From the NCBI RefSeq assembly GCF_000143415.4, contig NW_003314281.1:856833-920832 (forward strand): a DNA stretch of 64,000 bases. The letters run 5' to 3'. This DNA is from Selaginella moellendorffii. Its lineage: Eukaryota; Plantae; Lycopodiophyta. Position 1 is the stretch's first letter. Each line of letters opens with the position of its first letter. Of this stretch, positions 11,294-22,284 are shown in pieces. The notes under the pieces are model-generated. The model was given only the letters and a program-made list of their open reading frames with translations. It did no database searches and was not told the DNA's origin. The position numbers and the translations under genes were made by a program.

Positions 11294-13100
11294 TGTGAGA
11301 CACAAAATCCCTAGGCCCCAAAGTGGAGCTGGAAAGGGTGCCATGTGGTAGTGGCCGAAGTGAAAGCCAAACGAGTGTAACACATTTGGACTAAAAGCTC
11401 TGACTTGGAAAGTCGAGAGCGGGAGTGGAACTCCCAACAAAGTGCTCAAGGAGTGAGCACGAATTGAGCAATAAGCAAGGCTCCAAAAAGGGACCCAAAA
11501 GGACCAACACATGACACGTGGAAGTGTCCCAGATGGAGTCCGAGACGGACCCTAGTTGGAGTCCGAGATGGACCCGAAGTGGAGTCCGATATGGAGTCCA
11601 AAGTGGAGTCCGAGATGGAGTCCGATATGGAGTCCGAGATGAACCCGAGATGGAGTCTGAGATGGACCCGAGATGGAGTCCGAGATGGAGTCCGAGGTCG
11701 ACCGAGACGGAGTCCGAGATGGACCCGAGATGGAGTCCAAGATGGACCCGAGATGGAGTCCGAGATGGAGTCCGAGGTGGACCGAGACGGAGTCCGAGAT
11801 GGACCCGAGATGGACTGAGACGGAGTCCGAGATGGAGTCCGAGATGGACCGAGACGGAGCCCGAGATGGAGTCCGAGATGGAGTCCGAGAAGGACCCGAG
11901 ATGGAGTCCGAGGTCGAGACCGAGACCGGGACCGAGACCGGGACCAAGACCGAGACCGAGACCGGGACCGGGACCGAGACTGGGACCGAGACTGAGACCG
12001 AGGCCAAGGCTGAGACCGAGCCCGAGCTTGAGTCCGAGTCCGAGTCCGAGTCCGAGTCCAAGTCCGAGTCTGAGTCCGAGTCCGAATCCGAGTTCGAGTT
12101 TGAGAGGGTGAAAGCCCAAAGCGTTCGTCTCCCAGACCCTGGGGGGTTTGGTGAGCTCCAAAAGTATAGTAAGGGGGAGGACTGCAGTGGAGCCAGTTTG
12201 GCCAGGAAAGGCCAGTTTGGCCCAGGAAGGCCAGACCCAGTGTTGGGTGATGAACTGACCACTGGGAAGTCCAAGACTAGAGTGAACACGGACCGACAAG
12301 CGGGGTAGCTTGGTGAAGTGTTCAAGAGCCGGCTCTAGTTCCCCCAGGAGATCGACTGGCCGATGCTCCCAGTCCAAGTGTGGGTGGCACTACCTACTTG
12401 GATACCAGGCGTGGCTCAACGAAACCTCGCTCTAAGCCCATGGCTAGAGCACCTAAAGGCGAAAGGCGGGGAGAGTACCCAGGTGGCTCGCATAAGGCCA
12501 CGGTGTTCCGAAATGTTGTCCCAAAGGCCCAGACTGTGGAAAGGAAGAGGAGCAGTCCTCTGGGGTAGTTACCAAGGACATAGTCGTGTGGTGAGGAAGT
12601 CCCAGAGGACCGTGGGACTTAGTGGTCGGGCCGGTGGGCCTCGATTCAGTGGTAGTGTTGGTGAACACGGCCGTGGGTAGAAAGGGACTTGGTGGGGACC
12701 AGAAAAGGGATATTGGGGAAGGCTATTCCCCTTGTCTGTGGGCATCCTCAGGATGCTAAGGAGTGGATCTGGGATGACCCCTCATGGATGGTTGGCCCAG
12801 TCTTGGAGAGACAAGACTGTGTTGCAAGTGGTATTGGACTACCAATGCGGCAAAGGTGATTGGGCATGGCCTTAGCGTAACAGGCTGCTATGTTGGTGGT
12901 ACCTTTGAGTGTCGGTCATGGGATCGGACATGTGGAGCACTTGGACCAGGTGCAAGGGTTGAGTGGCATGGATGCCATTCTTGGGGCTAGCAAGTCCCAA
13001 GTCCTGAATTGGACTTATGGAGGTTGTGAATGAGACTCCTCCAAGTGGTCGGAGGTGTGGTTAAGTGACTAAAGTAGAATGGAAAAATTAATCGCTTACA
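11294..13100 (+). mobile_element. Solo LTR (1807 bp) nested in the DNA transposon
   Basis: Termini TGTGAG...CTTACA. 5-bp TSD GAATA at 11289-11293 and 13101-13105. Internal GAGTCC/GAGATG minisatellite (~11530-12100) and motifs shared with the LTRs of Gypsy A. Confidence 0.9.
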
Positions 13101-13341
13101 GAATATAGCAACAGGCTAGCAGGGGCCAAAGATAGCGTGAGGCCTCATGCCATTAGTGGTACCACTAATGGCATGAGGGCTCATGCCAATTTTGTGAATG
13201 AGAAATTTCACGTGGGTGTCAATAGCATGTTTGAATAATGGCATGTGGCCTCATGCTATTGAGGTTGTTTGGTATGTTATGATTTAGGCCATTCTCCAAT
13301 CATTTTTTGTATGGTCTTAACTTCTTTTCTGCACTTTCAGA

Positions 13342-16157
13342 ATGGCCTCCGCAAGTGCGACGCATGTTCCCTCCGTGGATCTTAAGAACTGTGCTACATG
13401 GATTCAGGCAAAGGTGTTTCTAAACAACCCCGAGGGGGAGGTGGTAGCTGAGGGCTTAGCCACAGTTGTCGATCTAAGAGATGCGGTTGCTAATCAAGAA
13501 TTGGGCTGGGATGATATTGGAGTTGCGATTTTAAAGGTTGTTGACACAGAAGAAAACAGTCTGACTATTGGAAGCATTGTGCGGTGGAAATTGAGGCACT
13601 TAGTGTTTGAGAATGTGAAGGATTCACAATCAAACACCACTACAACTGATGACAAAACATCTCTTCATGGGAAAAGAAAGTACACCTTCCTAAAGTGCAG
13701 CCAAAGGGATCTGAGCAACGAACCGAAAAGGCAGAAAATGGCAATAGAGGTTCGAATGGTCTCGACAGTTGCTTGTTGCAAGAGGAGGTGCTGTCAACAT
13801 GCTGATTGGGATGCTATTGAAGAGGAGAGAGCAAGATACAAGACATTGTCCTGGAAGGCAGCTCGCAATTTTGTGTATGAGGCATTACGGTCATCTGTTG
13901 ATGCTTCAAAACATCAGGTGGGGGGCATGGTCTTCCAGAGGGGTTTGGTCTGCATGAAGGCATGGAGAATCATTTATGAAGTCCCTCGAACCACATTCTA
14001 CAGAATCAAAACTGAGTTCGAGGAACAAAGGGTTCAACAGGCAGTCCATGGGAACAACAGTACTCACAAAACCAGGGGTCATGTTGTATATGGAGAGGCA
14101 ATCTTCAAGAGGTTTGTCGAGACATGTAGCGAGCAACAACCACATAAAACTTGCCTCTTGGAAGATGGAACACGAGACACCCAACGAGTTCTCCCTTCCA
14201 TATATACCAAGGGGGCCATTTTGGAAGATGTGAATCGGGAACTCCAGAGTAATGGCTACAGGAAGCTGAGCCAATCTAGATTTAGTAGATTGTGGAGCAA
14301 CAGGTTCAGGGATGTGAGTATAGGAAAGTACTCTAGCTTTTCAAAGTGTGACGAGTGCACTGCTATCAAAATGGCTTTGTCGAAGAATTCTTGCATCGCT
14401 CAAGAGCGAGAGACATTGGTTAGAAGGCGGCTCGACCACAACATCGAGCAGAGAAGCTGCAGGACTGCATATTATCATAACAGGATTCTCTCCATGGAGA
14501 GACCTGACTCTTACCTCTGCATCATCCACGACAAAATGGACCAGAAAAAGACGTGCTTACCTCGACTCAATCCTGCCCCCAAGGCAATCTCTTCATCCAT
14601 ACAACTGCCTGTGTCTCTGTTTGGCATAATCGCTCATGGGCATGGTGCCCAGAACTATGGGAACTTCTTTGTACCTCTATGGGGTGGCGGGGGTGCAAAC
14701 ATGATGATTGCGTCCCTAGCAAAACACTTAAGGTCTCTGCAAAATGCGCAGACTGCCAACCCTTGCATAAGGCCCTTGTCGATCGAACCCTATACAGGGT
14801 TCAGCTGGAGGAGGAGCAAAGGCTTGCAGTATCGCGTGGGGCCCCATGCCATCCCAGTGAATATGTTGGCCGTCAGATTGTAGGGTTATTACGTGAGGCC
14901 TCATGCCATTCCGACGAGGCTGGTCGCCCGGTGAATGCACAGCCTCATCCAAACGAAGCAGAATCTCAAGGAAGTTCTTGCGGCCGATGTGGCCTTCCAC
15001 CCCATCTTTTGCTCCAAACAGACAATGCTGGCAGTGAGAACAAAAACATGTACGTCTTCGCGTACTTGGCGATGCTTGTTGCCAAAGGCATATTTGAAAC
15101 GGTTACACTTGGCTTTCTCATGGTTGGGCACACTCATGAAGACGTTGATGCCATGTTCAGTCACCTGGCAGAGTCCCTCCGGCGATCCAATGTCCTCACC
15201 CTCCCACAACTCTACGATGAATTCCAAAATTGCATCAAAGGCACTGTTGAAGCTGCACTTGTGACAGAGGTTCCAGACTTTAAGGGGTTTGTAAGAGGCT
15301 ACATCAGGGACGGATCCGAAATGTTGATTGGCCACTCCAAGCCTCTTCAGTTTCATTTCAGCATGCGTGACGGTGCTCCAGTGATGAGGTACAAGATGAG
15401 AGAATGGGACACAGTGTGGCTGCCAGTGGACGGCATTGAACTCTTCAAGAGAGATCCCATAACTTGGGAACCTATGATTCCTCAGGGTTCCCCACGGCCG
15501 ATGCACCCGGATGGACTCAAAGACTAGGAAAGTATAGTGGCTGGGATTAGACAGCATATTGTCTTCTGGAAGAGGGGGTTGGTGTTTGGTGGAGAATCCT
15601 ATTTTTAGAGGTGCAAGCCTTTGCTCGAATACTGGGAGAAGATTATATCTGCTATCCAAAATGGGCCGGTTGTATATGAAGAATTGGAAGAGTCCTTTTG
15701 GCCAGAACCCAGAGCACCAGATAGTAGCGGAACAATGTCCTCTGAAAATGCAGTGACAAATAACGATGTTGAGGATCACTATTGTGGGCCGAGGAACAAG
15801 AAGCCGGATTCAGCATTCAATCTAGTACAGGTCTGCAAAGGAATGGTCGTGCTTGTCAGACCCAATAATAAAAAACAAATAATATGGGTGGGGCGCTGCA
15901 TCACTGATGCAGAGGAGGACGCGGAAACTAACTCCTTCAATGTAACTGTGGAGTGGTTCAAGCCAAATTCCGGATATACGAAGGATTGCCTAGAAAAGAG
16001 ATGGGTGTTGAATCCAAGGGATCCCAGCATGAGCATATCGGTGGATAATGTTGTGCATGGTTGGATGCGGAAGCAGAGTGCCACCATCACCTTGCCAGAC
16101 CATGCAAGAGATGCAGCAAGAGCATTCATAACCCGGGCTCAAGGTGAGATTCATTAA
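13342..16157 (+). pseudogene. Sola-like DDD transposase, disrupted
   Basis: Cys motifs CCKRRCC, CMKAW and FSKCDEC. Catalytic-type motifs IIHDKMD, LQTDNAGSENKN and MVGHTHEDVDAMF. Frameshift near 14760 and stops at 15525 and ~15606. C-terminal beta-rich domain VVLVRP...IWVGRC...VEWFKP. Confidence 0.8.
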
Positions 16158-17764
16158 TATTCCTTTACTAAGTTTCTAATGTATTTTATTTCAAGGTGAA
16201 CAATCCGAATCTAAATCAGAGGAGGCGTGATGGCATGTGGCCTTACGCCATTCCTAGGTGAGATGATACAAATAACAAGTATAAATTCTTAGTTGTTCTA
16301 GCAAATCTTACTTAAAGTTCAAGGTGAACAAGCCGAATATGAATTCATCGGATTGTTATAACAAATTGCGAGGTGATGGCATGAGGCGATATGCCATTTG
16401 AGAGTGGTAGCCATTCCTATATGAGGTGAGTGAAATATTTATTAGAAATACCTCATTCAATTGTGCACTTCTAAGTCTTGGTCCACTCAGTATTGTTTGC
16501 ATGTTTCTATTTTAATTCTTTCTCTAAAATGTTATTTAGCATGTGGCTTCATGCCATTGCTCTTCACAATCATGCATTGAATTTTTCTATCCTTGCATAA
16601 TACTTCTCCATATATATAGCATGTGCGCACATGTGATATGGTTCATTAGGCCTGATATAGTGTGTGAGGTAAAACAAAGATGATGTGACATATGCATTTA
16701 CCAATCACACGTGCATAAATCTAATAATATGGCGTGTGGCCCATATTAATGGCACATAAACCCATATTGTGGACTTACATGCTTTATGTACCATCATTCC
16801 CTTGCAGCGTGTGTGTTGGTTTCCTTTTATAACACAATGAACTCCATATTTTAGGGTGAAGAGCGTTCTCATGGCAAGCACAAAATCTGTAAGTGAGGCA
16901 GAAAAGGAGACGGAGAAGGAGATAGGTGAAGATGTAGAATATATAAGTCTTCCAAACTCCCCGTACTATACTCCAGGTGATCATTTTTCTGAACAAACGG
17001 CAACATTAACAACTATCGAGAACGCCCCACTAACGTCAGAGACAACAATCCAAAGCAAAACAACTGACCCGGAGAAGGATGATAGTACCACTGAGAGTAC
17101 CAAAAAGGAGGTGTCCACTAGTGCTTAGGCTTATAATGGCGTGTGCCCTCATGCCATTTACTTGATCACCAAATACCTTTTTCCCTTTGCACTAGTATAT
17201 CTTAATACCGGTTTGAGAAATAGAATGGCATGTGCCCTCAGGCCTTTTACTAAATCACCTTTGAAAGAAATGCAAGCCTCTATGTTGTAAAAAAAAGGTA
17301 CTAGAGAAATTCCTTAATAATATGAATGTTATTTAGTTTCATGAAAATACACTAAGGGTCAAATGAGTTAAATGACTTCTCCAGACTAGCAATGCCTCTT
17401 GCTACACCTTCACAATTAGATTCGTTAGAAAAAGATAACATTGAATAATATCTAAATGTTCTCACCATTAAGTTATATGTCTGGCTAATAGGAATGACGT
17501 TCATCTTGGAAAGCTCACCACACGCTCAATGAACAAACAAATAGTGTGTGCGCACATGCCATCGCTCTTCTTTAGCTTCAGATTCGGTTTGTTCACCTTG
17601 ACAATGAGATTTATTATACAACCAGATGGACTCAGTCTGGACACAAAGTCATCGCGCTAGTCACCATGCCCCAGATATGTCTAGCCCCTGGACAAAAAAC
17701 ATATAATTTCACGTCATTTTCAAATACTTAAAAATTTGTACCTAGTCCCATTTTACTGAATAAA

Positions 17765-17788
17765 TCCCACTTTAACGAAATAGAGCTT
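17765..17788 (-). repeat. Right TIR of the DNA transposon (tcccactttaacgaaatagagctt)
   Basis: Reverse complement of 1465-1488, followed directly by TSD AAGG. Confidence 0.95.
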
Positions 17789-20700
17789 AAGGTAGCATTT
17801 TTATGCTTACTCTTAATGAAGTGTGACAAAAAGATGGGAACAGAAGAAGTACCTTTAGTGATACAGCGGGTGTTGGACCAATTCCAGGATACCATGCCGG
17901 AGGAGCTACCTGCGGGTTGCCCTTACATGACTGATAGAACAGAAGATTGAGCTAGTCGAGGGTGCTGAGGCGGTGGTTTGTCCCTCCTATCGTTTGAACG
18001 AAAAAGAACTAGAGGAGTTGATGGACAAAGGGTATATTAGGTTGAGCAAGTCACCGTACAGGGCGCCAGTGTTATTTGTGAAAAAGAAAGATGGATTTAT
18101 GCGCATATGCATAGACTATCGGTTGCTCAACAAGTATACAAAGAAGAACAAGTACCTTTTGCCAAGGATTGAGGACCTGTTTGATAGGTTGGGAAAAACA
18201 AAATACTTCTCAAGGATTGACCTAATGTCAGGATACTACCAGATCAGGGTGATGTCGAGAAGACAACCTGTCAAACAAGATATGGGAGCTTTGAGTTTCT
18301 AGTGATGCCCTTCGGCCTATACAATGCACTAGCAACGTTTTTGGCGTTGATGAACCACATCTTTGTACTCTATCTGGATCAATTTGTGGTCGTTTATGTT
18401 GACGACATCATGATCTATAGCGAAACACTAGAGGAGCATGCCAAACACTTGACGAAGGTGTTTGAGATATTAAGGGAACACTAGTTATATGCTAAAGAGA
18501 GCAAATGTGACTTTGCTCAACAAAAGGTAAACTTTCTCGGGCATGTGGTGGGCAAGGACAAGCTCAAGGTGGACCCTGGGAAGGTCCATGCGATCCAGGA
18601 TTGGGAGCAACCATCGAATGTACACGAGTTAAGAGCATTCTTGGGGCTATGCAACTACTACCAAAAGTTTATCAAACACTATTTGAGAGTAGCTTTGCCC
18701 TTAACGGACCAAACGGGAAAAGGCAAAATGCTATGGACAGCAGAATGTGAGGCGGCATTTATCCACCTCAAAAGGAAGTTGAGGAAGGCTCCCATGTTGG
18801 CATTACCAAACTTTGGTAAGGACTTTGAGGTAGAAACAGATGCTTCAGACTTTGCATTGGGTGCAGTTTTGAAGCAAAACAACCATCCAATAGCGTCCTT
18901 CTCGAAAAAGTTGAACAAGGCTCAACAGAAGTCGCTTGCCCACGAGAAAGAATTGTTTGTGGTGGTCAAGGTGCTCAAGAAGTGGCGACACTACCTTGGG
19001 AGACACTTAAAGGTTTACATGGACAATATGGCAACGAAACACTTATTATCACAACCCGACCTGAGAGGGAAACAAGGTCGGTGGCCAATGCTTTGGCTAA
19101 GTTTGATTGTGAGATTTTGTATAAGCCTGGGAAGAGCAACATCATGGCAAATGTGCTAAGTCGAAAAGCGAGCTTGAAGTTGGCAATATCCAGCACAACA
19201 GCAACCTTTTGGGATGAGGTGCGGACAACATATGAGAACAATGGTCTAGCGCAAGAAGTGTTGCTGAGGAATCTGGAGGCACGGGAAACTCACTAGAGAG
19301 GTGAGTTGCCAATGGAAGAGAAAACGGGCTATGCAGAACGCAATGGACTCATCTATTACAAGCAAATGAGGGTGTATGTTCTAGAAGGGGAACTAAGGAA
19401 AGTAGCCTTAGAAGAGTGCCATAACAAACCTCTTGTGGGACATGGTGGAGTGCCCAAGACGATGGGCTTATTCAAGAGGAAGTACCACTGGCTAGATATG
19501 GCTAAAGACGTCCAAGACTATGTAAAGACATGTCCAACATGTCAGCAGGTCAAAGCCATGATTAAGGCTAGTGGAGGCTTGTTACAAAGCATCCTAATTC
19601 TAGATTGTCTGTGGAAATGTCTTATGATAGACTTCATCACGGGACTCCCCCCAAGTAAGGGGTTTGATGTGATATTCGTGGTGGTGGACCGATTTTCGAA
19701 GATGGCACATTTCATACCCACCACAATAGAAGTGGATGCGGAAGGTGTGGCGAAATTATTCTTCAAACAAGTGGTTCGAGTGTGGGGAAGGCTAGAGGAG
19801 ATCATCTCAGATCTAGATAAGATCTTCACTAGCAGGTTCTAGAAAACTCTTCAGGAACAGTATCACACCAAGTTGAAATTCAGCACAACCTATCACCCAC
19901 AGACAGGTATTGGGTATTAAGTCAATTTGATGGCATTAACACTTCTTGACAGACGAACAAGCGGAAAGGGTGAATAGGCAGCTGGAGGATTATTCACAAT
20001 GCTATGTCTCGGGAGACCAGACCGATTGGGTAAGTCATTTGGGACTTGTGGAAATATGTTATAACAACTCATCACACTCAAGTATCAGGGTGAGTCCATG
20101 GGAAGTCATCAATGTGCGAGCTATTGAAAGTCCTATGGAACTTGGTGTGGCTGAGTATCATGAAGAGTTACCTGCAGTGGAGGCATTCACAGCGGAAAGT
20201 CTCAACATTTGGAATCTAGTGAGGGATTCCTTGGAACGGGCTCAACAAAGGCAAACCAAGTACGCGAACCAGAAGCGTCGGGATGTAGAGTTCCAAGCTT
20301 GGGAGAAGGTGTGGCTGAACACCAAGAACCTCAGGCTACCAAGTGGGATTAGTCGGAAGTTGACCCAAAGTTAAGATGCATGTATTCCTGGAAGTGAACT
20401 GATCTTGAGTTCCTTAAGCAGGTTCATAGGGCCTTATGAGATTGAGGCACGAATCAGTAAAGTGGCTTACTGCCTCCAACTTCCTCAAGAGATGGGGAAG
20501 ATGCACCCAGTGTTGCATGTGAACCTACTTAAACCGTACTTTGAGGATCCGCTTCACAAGGCCCAAGTGAGACCTTTACCTAAGGTTATCCAAGGGGAAG
20601 AGGAATACAAAGTGGAAGCCATCCTCAATACGCACAAGAGCAAGCGACAAAGACACAAAGTGAGAGAGTTCCATGTGAACTGGAAAGGATTTTCACACTA

Positions 20701-21206
20701 TGAAGCAACATGGGAACCGAAGAAGAACCTAGCAAATGCGCAAGATCTAGTGGAGGAATTTCTGCAAGGCAGAACCTTATGTACTTATGCAAAGTTCAAT
20801 TAAAAAACATCCATTTGTGAAGTTGAGCAATGGCATATGTTAGGATCCGAAGGCGTGCCGAAGGTAAGCTAATTAGCATGGGTTAGCTAGGTCAACCAGG
20901 CGTAGAGAACTACACTTGACTCCCCACGGGGATGTCAAATCCGTAGACATATTTTACGAAGGTTGGGTTCGAGTCCCAACCCCCTAGTAAAGCAAGGTTG
21001 GGTTCAAGTCCCAACCCCATACTAGGGCGTGGTGGGGTGAGGGGTATAAGGATATCTATATTCCGTTGTCATGGGCTCTTGGCCGGGGAGGCTAACTTAA
21101 GCACACCGCTAAGTGGGGGGATGCCCCTGGAGACATGGTTAACAAGTCGTAGGATAAAAAGAGACATTTGATGTGGGCATCGAACTTCTTCTATAGGTGG
21201 TGGAAT
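17789..21206 (+). mobile_element. Gypsy A, 3' part: decayed RT, RNase H, integrase, chromodomain, 3' UTR and PPT
   Basis: RT YVDDI, RNase H ETDASDFALGAVL, integrase HHCC and IDFITGLP/VVDRFSK, chromodomain YKVEAIL...VNWKGFSHYEATWEP. PPT-like aggtggtggaat just before the LTR. Confidence 0.93.
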
Positions 21207-22284
21207 TGTAAGGAACCAACTCCCCAAGGTGTTGTAAGCTAAAGGATCCCCGAAAGCATGACCAAAATGACAAAGAGTTCATCAGATAGGACCGAGTCTG
21301 AGATTGAATCCAAGGCCGACTTTGAGACCGAGTTCAAGATTGAGTCCGAGGCCAACTCAGAGACCGAGTTCGAGACCGAGTTCGAGACAGAGTTCGAGAT
21401 TCAAGATCGGGTCCAAGACCGAGTCCGAGGTCGAGTCTGAAGTCGAGTCCTAGATCGGGTCCGAGATCGAGTCCGAGATCAAGTCCGAGATCGAGTCCGA
21501 AGTTGGGTCCGAGATCGAGTCCGAGATCGAGTTCGAGACCGAGTCCGAGTACTAATATAGGTCAAGGGGTGAAAGCCCAAAGCGTGCGTCTCCCGGGGGG
21601 GGGGTTGCAAGGGGTTTCAAAAGTATAGTAGGGATAGTGAGGTCCAGGAACCAATCTTGAAGGAACTCTAGTGGTGCTTCCAAACTGACTTGAGGTTGAC
21701 ATTGGGGCCGAAGGGCCTTGGGTGGTAGTGAGTATGGATTCGAGTGGTGCCGGAGGGGCCACCCAAGGAAGTGCTTAAGAGCAGCTCCCACTCCCAAAAG
21801 GGAAACCAACTACAATGCTCCAGCTCATGTGGAGTGGTGCCCCACTTGAGTACCTTGTGGCTCATTGGTCCTCGCCTTTCCTAGGGGCTTGGGCCTTCCC
21901 TTCGGGATGGAAGTGGGGGGGTAGAGGTACCCATACCGGGCCGTTAGGCCACAGTGTTTTGCCCCAGTATCCTGAAGTAAGTGTTGCACCCAAAGCTTGG
22001 GATTTAGAGGGTCCCATGATCAAGTCTTGTTGTACCAAGGGATGTTAGGAACTTGGAGGCTTCGTGTGCTTGGCTGCTTATGCCTACGGGGAGTGTAGCT
22101 GAACCTTAAGTCCAGTCTAACCCGAGGAGGGGGATTGGGAGAGAATTGGGAATCCGTGGATGGATGGCTGACACTCCGTTGCTCGTGTAGTGAGTAGTTG
22201 AAACCAAGTAAGACCAAGTAGGAGCTGATACAATAGGTAGGAACCTTGGCAAGGGAGGTTAGCAAAAGCTAAGGCAGTGTTGGT
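21207..22284 (+). repeat. 3' LTR of Gypsy A, missing its last ~50 bp
   Basis: Starts TGTAAGG after the PPT. Reverse-complement match to LTR 50909-52077. Similarity stops at ~22284. Confidence 0.88.

Larger units (their letters stand above)
1465..17788 (+). mobile_element. 16.3-kb cut-and-paste DNA transposon with cargo gene (Sola-like)
   Basis: 24-bp TIRs with 1 mismatch. 4-bp TSD AAGG at 1461-1464 and 17789-17792. Removing the element restores the Gypsy frame ...TKGTK-VAFLCLL, matching [12 protein letters not shown] in the sister copy. Internal DDD-type transposase. Confidence 0.93.

Noticed and set aside
11391-12377. Long ORFs in several frames (GLGLGL, SESESE, RWSP repeats)
   Set aside because: Stop-free translations of the 6/12-bp minisatellite inside a solo LTR. 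The same applies to ~21290-21550, 45820-46010 and 51710-51990.
1851-17562. CRISPR-like interpretation of the recurring palindrome
   Set aside because: Spacing is irregular (tens to thousands of bp), the copies are degenerate, there are no cas genes and the context is eukaryotic.
20870-21020. tRNA gene
   Set aside because: Only T-arm-like hairpins are present. I could not build a cloverleaf or acceptor stem, and the region lies within a retrotransposon UTR.
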